From Heptranchias perlo (Eukaryota), in the NCBI RefSeq assembly GCF_035084215.1, contig NC_090370.1:5270001-5334000 (forward strand): a stretch of 64,000 nt of DNA, read 5' to 3'. Numbering within the stretch: position 1 is the stretch's first letter; the number at the start of each line of letters is the position of its first letter. Below the pieces are notes generated by a model. The model saw only the letters and a program-made list of their open reading frames with translations. It had not been told where the DNA came from and did no database searches. Position numbers and translations under genes: made by a program. Below are positions 51,119 through 61,785 of the stretch, in pieces.

Positions 51119-52164
51119 TGTTATGTGAAGTTTAGTGTAGTGCACACCATTTTATAATGTGCAAAATACCTGGTTATAAACGACTTCAAATCTATTTTTT
51201 CCCACAACACCATAACTAAGTGTTCAGTCTGTCACTGTGTCTTTCACTCTATTTATCGGGAGTCGGACCTAACAGCACTAAATACTCCCAAATCAAAATA
51301 CCGGAAATACACAGCAATTCTGATGAAGGTTACACACCTGAAAAGCCATAACCTGTCTTTTCTCCCCACAGATGCTGACTGACTTGCTGCGTATTTCCAC
51401 CGTTTTCTGTTTTTAGTTCCAGTTTCCAGCATCTGTAGTTTTTCCAGGAAGATTCCAGGTTCAATCCCCAGTCTGTGTTGAGCCACCTCAGTGTCCCTGG
51501 GTTAGGAAGTGTAAAAACTGGTCAGTGTTTTTTCTCGTTTTGATTGCTATCATCCCCGCCCACCCCCCAAAATCTTGCTGGAAAATGCTTGTGCGTGGGT
51601 ATCTGAGGATGGGATTGGATTTTGCAGTGATGCCTCTCAGAGAATAGTCTGCTGATAATCACTGACTCGGGTTACAAACAAACAATTAACATGAGTTACT
51701 GGAGAACTGAAGCTGGTGTGGCAAGAAATCTGTACAAGCCTCGACAAATTTCCCAGGGTCTGAAGAAATTAGCAGTAATTCTGTATGGACTTGTATAAAT
51801 GTCCTGGGAATTCCATTTGAGCTGCTACAAATCTACTGCCTGTATGTGTTTCCTGTCACACTGGCGTTGGTGGAACTGTATCCCAGCTTTAGTCAGAAAG
51901 CAAGAGAGAAAATTGAGGGATGTATTTAAGGATGGAATCACTAGAAGCTCGGGCTCTAGGTGTGGCCTCAATCTACAGTGGAGGTTAGAATTTAATATTT
52001 CCATACCATTTCAAGCTTAGTGTACCTGCTACCTATTACTTATTTTGCCTCATCTTTTGGCCTCCATTCTTCAACCAAGAGGGCAAGCAGATAGGAGAGA
52101 GGTAAAAGGCATTCTTCTAAATATCTTATGTACTTCATTTCACTGCTAACTGCAACGGCAGGGT

Positions 52165-52655
52165 GGGGGGTGGATTTTCAACTTCGGCCCAAAGCGAGCG
52201 TGAAGTCGGCCACAGTGGGGAGTCCCGATCCTTTACACTGAGCCAGTTGGCAGGTAGGACGTGGTGGGGGTAGAACCGGATCCTGAATGCTCCTCTTGGC
52301 CCCACAAAAATCTTAATATTAAAAAAACCCCTAAAAACGTACCTTTTCCTGAGCAGCTTGTAGCAGTCTCTTTAAGGACCGCTAGTTAGGCCATTCAATG
52401 CCAAGTACAACTATGACTAGCATGCCACTTGTACATTAAAATTGCAATCAGGGTCCTTCAACTGGCATAGGACCCTGATTTGCATATTCAAGCAGCCTCC
52501 TACCAGTTTTGGGGTGATGTGCTGGGTGCCTAAGGCTTGCCTAAAAATGGAATCGGGCAAATAGGTACACAAGGTGCCCACCTGATTTTCCTTTGCCGGT
52601 CACCCATTTTTCAGGCAAAAAACAGGCGACCGGCAGTTGAAAATTCCACGCCCCC
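52165..52655. mobile_element. MITE / non-autonomous DNA transposon with imperfect TIRs
   Basis: Left gggtggattttcaact (~52168) and right agttgaaaattccacgccc (~52635). Internal palindrome atcagggtcct...aggaccctgat at about 52446-52479. Confidence 0.6.
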
Positions 52656-54593
52656 CCCCCCCCCCCCCAAAACATGTCCTAAATTCTTGCCTCTTTGTTT
52701 TGTTTCTCCTGTGGAAAGTTCCCTGTGTCACCCACCACACCCCTGCCACAAAGGGATGGGTGACACACTTCATCTCCACCGTTGATTGCAATCCAAGCCT
52801 TTAAAGGATGTTTGGACCTGTCACTGATGTTTCCTCTTTAGATAGGGCCGGCTGACTGTGAGGGTAGACACCTCCTGTATACTGCTTTGCTGTGGCACAA
52901 TCTGTCAGTGCCCCAATGTCACTCTTTTTTTCATCAATGGTATTTGAATTAGGAAGATTTCTATTTTCAAGATGTCAAATGTGCTGTAGCCCTCAAAGTA
53001 CTGAAATCTTACAGCTTACTGTAATGCATGACTTCTTCCACTAGAGGGTTTGATCAATATACTGACAGTGATCAGTAAACAGACCTTCATATTCTTGTAC
53101 TTTCGAGCTGGGACAATAAAATCTAAATAAACAAGATGTATTCTTTTAATGTTGGGCTTCCCTGTTTCAGGGACACACTGTCTTGTTATTCCCCACTGCT
53201 GCAGCTATACAAAATGCTTCATTGAGACACATGATACTTGCATGCATTTGGAGAATGTTTTCCATTGAGGTCAGATTGATTCAGGTATGTGTTTTTGCAC
53301 CTGTGTGGTTATGAAAACAGTACATCTGTCTTGTTACTTTATAATGTCTAGGCTCTAAACGCTGTTAGACAGTAATTTACACTTTTTTCCCCTCCAATGT
53401 TATTAATACTGCTCACAGTGCAATCCCCTTTATATTGTGGAGACCAAATGCAGATTGGGTAACCGCTTTGCTGAACATCTGTACTTTCTGCGTGTGACCT
53501 TAACCTCCCTGTGGCTCCGCACTTTAATTTCTCCTCTGACCTCACTGTCCTTGGCTCTATGCCATTCCAACCAAGCTCAATGCAAACTTCAGGACCATTA
53601 TTTCATCTTTACCTAGATATTCTGCAGCCCTTTGCTCTAAACATTGACTTAAGGTCTCAAGTTGTTAAAGTATAGCCTTCATTTTTCTTCCTGTTTTTTC
53701 CATCCACTTTCCACCCTTTCCATTTTAAAACTTTTCACACCCCCTTTGTGTTTCTATTGCCTGGTTGCGTCCATACTTCTCTTTTCACGTTTTAAACAAC
53801 CTGTTCATAGACTATTTCTCCCTAACCTTGGCATATAAAAAGCTCTTGACTTCTCCCCCACCCCTCTTCATTTTGTTCAGTCCAATAAAAGTACTGTTTT
53901 TCCCTCCTGATTTTCAATTCTGATGAAGGATTTTAATCCACCTTTTCTCTGTTGTCGGGGGTTAATAGACCAGCTATATATATCCAGTTTTTATTTGGTT
54001 TCCTGCATTCAATTTTTATTCCCGTGTTGCTTGCTTCGATCCAAGAAGTGGGGAGTGCACCACCAGCATAGTTTCCCAGGAACGATTTTCCTTATTGAGG
54101 GGTGTTGGTAGGCAGGAGTAGGGGACGAGAGCCTGGCATTAAAGCTCCGAATAAAGTAGGGACAGTTAAGCTGGAGCTCGAAACTCACGCATATCCAACG
54201 AGGTAGAAGGACGATGCAGGCAGGGTTGTTAAATCACTGGCAGAATGCCACAGAAAAACAATTGTAAACAATTTTACAACACCAAGTTATAGTCCAACAA
54301 TTTTTATTTGAAATCTACAAGCTTTCGGAGGCCAGTCCATCACCGGCATCTCCACATCACAGAAAAACAAAGCAAAGTGGTTTCAGTGAGCAGAGGCCTG
54401 AACAAAAGGATTACACGAGACTGGAACCAAGCTGGGCAGGTTAAAGAGAAACCGCCTGTACTGTGCTGTTTGTAAATAAACTTCCTCTTTGAAGCAGCAT
54501 CCAGCTGATGCTGTCTGTTTTCCATCATTTGAGTTTAGGATTTTTGCGTGAAACTGGCCTAAACTCACCAGAACACTATCTCCTCCTTACAGT

Positions 54594-55693
54594 TGAGGTT
54601 ACCAACCCTCCCGGATTATTCCAGGAGTCTCCTGGAATGGAAGATAGATGTCCCGGGCACTGCTGCTAGCTACCCAGGAGAAAAATACTTTGCATCCGTG
54701 TCGCCAATGCACGTCTCACACGAAACGCGGCCCTCGTTTATACGTGTCTCCCTGCCGTTCGAAGTCTGCAGATATAACGCTCTTGGCCATTCCCTCCCTC
54801 TCATTTCAAGAAACGGCCGAGAAGTTCCTCGTGGCTGGTCCCGCGCCGCCGCCTTAACTTCGCGAGAGCCGGACCAGGCTCGAGGAAATTCCAAGCCTAT
54901 ACTTGTAGGAATTTCAATTGTCGCACCTGCAAGTTTGCAACTGGTAAGTGAAGTTATTATTCTGACTAAAAATGTGAGTAAAAGGACTTTTTTATGCAAT
55001 CTGATCTGACTGTTGGTGCATGCGTCAAAAACCCTGCGCTCCAAATTGGTCAGTGTGTCGAGTAAACATACCTGTGAAGTATATTATGTGTCAGGGTCCA
55101 AATTGGAGTCGGTTTTAAATGACCATCTATAGTACTGTGCTTTCTGTTCTCACTATACAAATCTAAAGGAAGGAAACTGATTGTGGGGCAAACAAAATTC
55201 GCCTCCATGGAGTTGCCCAGCTGGCGAGAGCATTACAAATAGTACAGCTCCTATCAGCCGACATCCATTCAGTCACCGAGCCTCGATTAAAGTACCAGAG
55301 TTCTGTGTGTTAAAAAAGGCCCTTTCTCTCATATTTTTACATTCTAAAACTAGTTTATTTTGTAGCATATGATATAATTGTGAACCAGCCCCTTACAATA
55401 AAGTAGCTCTCTAATTTATGCAAAGTTGCTGATGTGTATGGGTGGTTTGCTATAGATTTTGTCCAATCCTGGCACACAAACAAATGTCTACATAACGTGA
55501 TTCCAAAACATTTGTGTCTAAATTGTGTATCTAGTTTTTTAAAAATTGTGTACTATGACAGTTATCTTACACTATGTTAGGAATGCTAGAGTACTGAGAC
55601 ACTCAACTAAGGTAAATGCAATAACATTTGCAAACAGTGAGCAAATGTTACATGATGAAACCTCCAGGCAAACATTCAGAGTTGGCAACCCTA
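54594..55693. mobile_element. Non-autonomous hAT-type element with 8-bp TSD
   Basis: Direct repeat CTTACAGT at 54586-54593 and 55694-55701. Termini TGAGGTTACCAAC and GTTGGCAACCCTA are inverted repeats (10/13 match) of the TAGGGTTGCCA type. Confidence 0.65.
54690..54943 (+). promoter_or_regulatory. CpG-rich promoter-like patch and candidate first exon
   Basis: Dense CpG, TCGCGAGA motif (~54860), consensus donor CTG|gtaagt at 54943/54944. Confidence 0.5.
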
Positions 55694-56194
55694 CTTACAG
55701 TACATGTGGTGTAGTGTGATAGGAGTCCTCAGGGCAATGTATGCCTTGCATGAACATACTCCGATGCAATTAGTCAAGTCCACTTACTGTATTTACTTCC
55801 CCTTACAATTAGTACTGTGGTCAGTCAACCAGGGAACAAACCAGGATTCAGGACAATTGGGGGGGGGAGGGGAAGAGAAATTCTGGGATCTTCCTGTCAT
55901 TTCAGGGATGGTTGGAAGCTGTCTTAAAATTTGTTTGCGGCCTCTTTATACTTCCCACACAGAAACATTATGACCCTTATTTACAAACCTGAGCCTGGCT
56001 GAAAAGATTGTGGAGCAGGATCAGTGTTGGAAAAAAATCATTTCAGGTAAGACTGTTCTCAATAGGGAGAGAGGATTGCTATGGGGAGGGGGTAAATAAC
56101 CTCAGCCAGTCCTGTGTAAGTCCTGCAGGCTGCACTGTGGCATTGTAGTTCTTCCCTACCACACTGACCTTTATCTGTCCGATGTATCTGGACA

Positions 56195-56822
56195 TAAATA
56201 CTGTGGCTACAAGAGCAGGTCAGAGGCTGGGTATTCTGTGGCGAGTGACTCACCTCCTGACTCCCCAAAGCCTTTCCACCATCTACAAGGCACAAGTCAG
56301 GAGTGTGATGGGATACTCTCCACTTGCCTGGATGAGTGCAGCTCCAACAACACTCGAGAAGCTCGACACCATTCAGGACAAAGCAGCCCTCTTGTTTGGC
56401 ACCCCATCCACCACCCTAAACATTCACTCCCTTCACCACCGGCGCACCGTGGCTGCAGTGTGTACCATCCAGAGGATGCACTGCAGCTACTCGCCAAGGC
56501 TTCTTCGACAGCACCTCCCAAACCCGCGACCTCTACTACCTAGAAGGACAAGAGCAGCAGGCACATGGGAACAACACCACCTGCACGTTCCCCTCCAAGT
56601 CACACACCATCCCGACTTGGAAATATATCGCCGTTCCTTCATTGTCGCTGGGTCAAAATCCTGGAACTCCCTTCCTAACAGCACTGTGGGAGAACCTTCA
56701 CCACACGGGCTGCAGCGGTTCAAGAACGCGGCTCACCACCACCTTCTCAAGGGCAATTAGGGATGGGCAATAAATGCTGGCCTCGCCAGCGACGCCCACA
56801 TCCCATGAATGAATAATAAAAA
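56195..56822 (+). mobile_element. LINE 3' fragment (CR1/L2 group), end of RT ORF plus A-rich tail
   Basis: ORF 56182-56760: TIYKAQVRSVMGYSPLAW...LDTIQDKA...HSLHHRR...SFIVAGSKSWNSLP, followed by gggcaataaatgctggcc and gaatgaataataaaaaa. Confidence 0.85.
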
Positions 56823-58734
56823 AATTGTTTTTAGGCTTTGTTTCTTCAGTTCAGTTTCAGGTCATGGCTGTTGGTATATTAAATTTTAAGTTATTGTTTA
56901 CAAGATATGGGCAACACCAATAAGGCAGTATTCATTGCCCATCCCTTACGTTCAGAATGTACGTGGCACAGTATGATAACGATGAGCCTTACAAAGTGCT
57001 TTGTAGATGGCTAAGAGTCCCTTTATCTTTTGCTATCACTCATCTTCTCCCAGTTGCCTGAGAGGATAGCCAGAAAACTTGTTCCCAGGCCTTTGTTGAT
57101 ATCATTCTTGTGTTGGTCACTAGGAGGTGTGAGAAAACATTGTTGGGGGACTCTCCCACTGAGCCTTCTTTTGCTTGGTGCTTCCCCACAGCAATGTGAG
57201 CTGAAACTAAGAACTCAGCAAAGCGGATGATTCAAAGCTGCATCTGTGCACCAGCTGGTGTAATTCTCTCTCTCTTAAAAACTGGATAATTCCTGGAATG
57301 TCACTGTTTTTTCTAATTGTGGAAATACAAATGAACAGGGTCACTGATTTATGGTGGTAGTCAAATTCCGTTTTTACTACACGAGATTCTGGGATTGTTA
57401 CTCTTGTTGTGGGATCATGTTCAGTCCATTTTCCACAAAAACTGTAAATCTGAGGCTTTGCAGATGAGGAATCTGATACTGACCTGTCAGTAATGTTTTT
57501 TTTTGTCATCTCAGTAAAAAGGAGAGAGCTCTTTCAGGGCTGCATTCTGATTCTTTCAACCAGCCAGTAAGTAGCTGATTGGAGAAGTCTCTCTGGTAAA
57601 CTCAGCAATGTGATGTTGCACATGCTTATTATACATCAGTAGCTGAGAATTGTCGTGGATAACAGCCACTGACTCAAATAAACTCTCACCGTAGATCATG
57701 TCTCACGTTCAGCAAGAGGGGCTATATGGGATAAAACGGATTTACTTATCACATTTCATTTCACAGTTTTATTAATTAGCTAATAAAAAGGACTTGTGTT
57801 ACTTGGAGAACAGTGTGATTGACAGCTCAGCTGTGTAATTGTTGCATCCTAGTTGTCTTTTTTTCTCCATGCCTCTCTTGAAGGTGCTGTACACTTCCAT
57901 GGGCACCAGTATCTCGCCCAGATGGCCATTGTTGGCATGGTATCTGAACTGAGCCCAACCCACATCTGATGTCCACACATGCAATTTGCAGCATAGGATC
58001 CTGAATATTGAAAAGGAGCAGGAACCCAGCTAATTTCCTCCTTCCCTAGCTCAGGGTCACCAAGCCCATTTGTAGCACCCTTCCCTCACCCCAGCTTTAT
58101 TGATGATCATTTGGGCTAGTTTCATTCCAATTTAACAGGGCACAGATTACTCTCATCAATTTACCAGAATAAGGAACCTGACCAGAAGATTTTCTTTGTC
58201 GTGGAATCATAACTTTGTATAAAGAACATGTTTACAATTCTACTCCAAATAGTGAACAGAATAAATCTCTTGGCCTCTCTTCCCCCATCCCCTCTCCCCA
58301 GGGCAGGGAAGCCAACTGGTGTCTCATGATTCACATGTGCTCATCTATTGTCTACAGTTAATTGTTTAAGAGCTGCGTGTGTTGGGCAGGCCCCCTTGCT
58401 GAATATGGTGGTGTATTCAGGTTCAAATAAGATGAATCAAAAAACCACAAACATATGAACAGATAATCTAGTTTATCTCATGGGTCTTCGAATGCTTTGT
58501 TTAGCTGCCCTGCCCGTACACTCAGTCCTGATGTAGAATAACAAAGGTCACAATCAGCCTATATGTTTTGAATTCATTGTAATATATTAACTCTTTACTG
58601 GTACTGTATCAACTGTGTCACAATATATACGTGAACAGAGGGATCCTGAACTCCCAAGTTTCCCTTTACTAAAAAAAAGCTATTCTTTGTTTCATGGTGA
58701 AGGTATTTTTTAGGAAATAGACTTTATGCAATTC

Positions 58735-59090
58735 TTCAAAAACCAAAAATGCTGCAAACGCTCAGCAGCTCAGGCAGCATCTGTGGAGAGAACAGGAGAG
58801 TTTACATTTCGGGTGTGGTCTCCTTGTCAATAACATTTCCACACCCAAAATGTCAACTCCTCTGTATAGAAGCTGTCTGAGCTGTTGAGTGTTTCCAGCA
58901 TTTTCTGTTATTTTCCAGGTTTCCAGCATCTGCAGATTTTTTTCCTCCTTGTTTATACAGCTCTTCCCATATCTTCCCATATCAAGTTTTTTTTTCCACA
59001 CCGCCTGAGGAAGGGGAAAGCCCCCGAAAGCTTGTGGGATTAAAAATAAAATCGTTGGACTATAACTTGGTGTTGTAAAATTGTTTACAT
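58735..59090. mobile_element. Penelope-like-element-derived fragments: imperfect inverted pair (about 58745-58910) plus hammerhead-bearing end (59000-59088)
   Basis: aaaatgctgcaaacgctcagcagctcaggcagc pairs with gctgtctgagctgttgagtgtttccagcatttt. CTGAGGA-stem-GAAAGCTT at 59005-59033 is followed by the tail shared with the 54260 and 60570 copies. Confidence 0.65.
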
Positions 59091-60535
59091 ATCAAGTTGA
59101 ATTAAGTAGATTTTTTTTTCAACGTTTGGGTTAATTGCAATATTTTTCCCCAATCTTCCTGACTTCAACAATGTCCCATGAACTGCTCGTAATTTGGAGC
59201 AAGTTAAACTAATAAATGGGTTTTTTAATTTGATTCTGTTCTTGGGAGAGGAATTCATTTTTTTTACAATATTTAGTCTACAGTTATAAACTTTAATGTT
59301 CAATAATGAGGTTGGTGTTCTGTTCTGGTTTCCAGGCTATGATCGCGAACATCCAAAGTTTTCCAATCTGCCGTTAGATATTGTCAGCTGTGTTTTTCCT
59401 TCAATCTTCTTTGCCTTATTTTAGTCTGCTCTTTTTCTCTATCTCCCTCATTGTCATTTACATAAATGTCCTGAAGGTACAATGCTGTCTGTGACAAAAG
59501 ATTATTTATGTCAACCAGAAGCTCTAAACTGGTTGAGAATGGCTGTGGAAAATGCTGTACATTGAGCTCAGTTGTGATAAAAGCAGCTCGTCCACTCTTC
59601 AGTTTAAGAGAAGGAGCAAGAATGAGAGAAGGAATGTGGGGGGGAATTATGAGAGAAGAATTGTGTGACATTGATGGAATGAGAGAATACAAACAGATTT
59701 CAAGTAAATATTTGGAAACAAAGCATAGCAAAAAAGAAAATTCTTGCATGGTATACTTGTAGTTACAGTGAGAATATCAGTGAACCCTGAAGTACACTAT
59801 AATTAAAACCTGTGGCTCTTGGTCGGTACATTTTAATTTTAATTTTCCAGTTCAGGCATTGAAAGGTTGCCTCCCTGCACCCTGCACCAGCCATGCCCAA
59901 ACTCTAGCAGATTAAATTGGACAATTATACAACAAGCCTATTTGCTGCTGCAGATTGTCTGAGAAAGGTGAGAAATTCATTTTAAAAAAAATCATGGACC
60001 AGCTTTAAATCGCAACAGTTTGGCTCTTTCGATTGTTTTTTTCCCCTTCCAATCTTGCCCTTCCCTCCAGGTGCTGACTCATACTGGAGTACAGCTCCAT
60101 GGTTACCAGAAGCCCTCTGGCACCTCACACAGACAGCCATTCTTCACGTGTGAGCCTTGACACTGATCGTTTGGCAGGCTGCCTAACTGTGGGAATGCCC
60201 TACAGCAAATCCACAAACACACTTTCCAGCAGGCTCTTTGAATAGCGATCAGGCGCAACAGTCATAATTGATTTTTCCCCATAACACTCCCTTGCCCCCT
60301 CCCCAGTCCAGGGATGCTGAAGCTAATTGGAGCATCAGTGCTACTTACTGTGTGAGGTCGGCTTTTTTTTCCAAAAAATATACTTTATTCATAAAATTTG
60401 TAGCAAAACATACAATCCAGTTGTCATATCACATTCCAAACGTACACAATACAGATTATTCAATTTGCAGGTTACATCAAGTACAGTTCAATGAACACAT
60501 TGTACATAATTACAGTTCATGACACTCTGGGTTGT

Positions 60536-60735
60536 CATGATGTGGAGATGCCGGTGATGGACTGGGGTTGACAATTGTAAACAATTTTACAACACCAAGT
60601 TATAGTCCAACAAGTTTATTTTAAATTCCACAAGCTTTCGGAGGCTTCCTCCTTCGTCAGGTGAACGGTGTAGAACCGTTCACCGTTCACCTGACGAAGG
60701 AGGAAGCCTCCGAAAGCTTGTGGAATTTAAAATAA
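60536..60735. mobile_element. Penelope-like-element-derived insertion with perfect 58-bp inverted repeat and hammerhead cores
   Basis: 12-bp direct repeat ACTCTGGGTTGT at 60524-60535 and 60736-60747. Arms 60613-60670 and 60681-60738. CTGACGA-A-GGAGG-AAG-CCTCC-GAAAGCTT at 60691-60719. Confidence 0.8.
60686..60726 (+). ncRNA. Minimal type I hammerhead ribozyme motif (mirror copy on the minus strand at about 60625-60665)
   Basis: Conserved CUGANGA and GAAA boxes, 5-bp stem II, palindromic AAGCUU in place of stem III, and ttcac/gtggaa as stem I. Activity not shown. Confidence 0.6.
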
Positions 60736-61639
60736 ACTCTGGGTTGTATCATTGCATTACACTCAATACAGATTATTGATTACAGATTCATTACAGGTAC
60801 ATTACAGATACATTACAACAATTTGAATTTTACATTTTCCCCGGGGGGGGGGGGGGGTTTCCCTGATTGCAGCCCCTCGGTATACAATGGCAGGAAGGCT
60901 CTAAATGGTTGCCTTTCCCCACAGAGCCTTTGCGGCGGCCGCACCCAGCTTCAGTGCGTCCCTGAGCACGAAGTCCTGGACCTTGGAATGTGCCAGTCTG
61001 CAACACTCGGTCGAGGACAGCTCTGTGCACTGGAAGACCAGCAAGTTTTGGGCAGACCAAAGGGCGTCTTTCACCGAGTTGATGGTCTTCCAGCAGCAGT
61101 TGATGTCTGTCTCGGTGTGCATCCCCGGGAATAGCCCGTAGAGCACAGAGTTCTGTGTTACGGAACTGCTTGGGACGAACCTGGACAGATATCACTGCAT
61201 CTCTCTCCATACCTTCTTTGCAAAGGCGCATTCCAGAAGGAGATGGGTGATGGTTTCGTCTGCACCGCAGCCTCCTCGGGGACAGTGTGCGGTGACGCTG
61301 AGAGTCCGGGAGTGCATGAAGGATCTGACAGGAAGGGCCCTTCTCACCACCAGCCAAGCTATGTCATGGTGCTTGTTTGAACGTTCTGGCGATGAGGCGT
61401 TCTGCCAAATGACATTGACAGTCTGCTCGGGGAACCAACTGACAGGATCCATCGTCTCCTTTTCCCGCAGGGTCTCGAGGTCGTGTGAGATCGGCTAACT
61501 CAGCACAGACCAGGATTCAAACCTGTGATCTTCCTAGTCTGTTTGGCTCAATTCCAGGACACATGATGCACATGCCCATTGATTCATTAGGGGGTCTGAC
61601 AATTGCCTGTACAAGATTTGTGTATGTAAACCCCCAGAT

Positions 61640-61785
61640 CTGTCTTGTACCTGCATTCCCTTTAAAATTTTACCATTTAGTTTTTATTGTCTCTCATTCT
61701 TCCTCCCAAAATGCATCACTTCACACTTCTCTGCATTAAATTTCATCTGCCATGTGTCTGCCCACTTCACCAGTCTATCTATGTC
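61640..61785 (-). mobile_element. Short CR1 RT fragment
   Basis: DIDRLVKWADTWQMKFNAEKCEVMHFGRKNERQ. Confidence 0.8.

Larger units (their letters stand above)
60364..61482 (-). mobile_element. 5'-truncated Tx1/L1-clade LINE inserted in a SINE
   Basis: Zinc-knuckle C-terminus WLVVRRALPVR...CPRGGCGADETITHLLLECAFAKKVW and VKDALWSAQNLLVFQ. T-run (polyA tail) at about 60363. 14-bp TSD gtgtgag(g/a)tcggct at 60350-60363 and 61483-61496. Confidence 0.88.

Noticed and set aside
59384-59762. Overlapping 121-aa (minus) and 84-aa (plus) ORFs as a coding exon
   Set aside because: No recognisable domain, compositionally biased, and cannot be linked to other exons.
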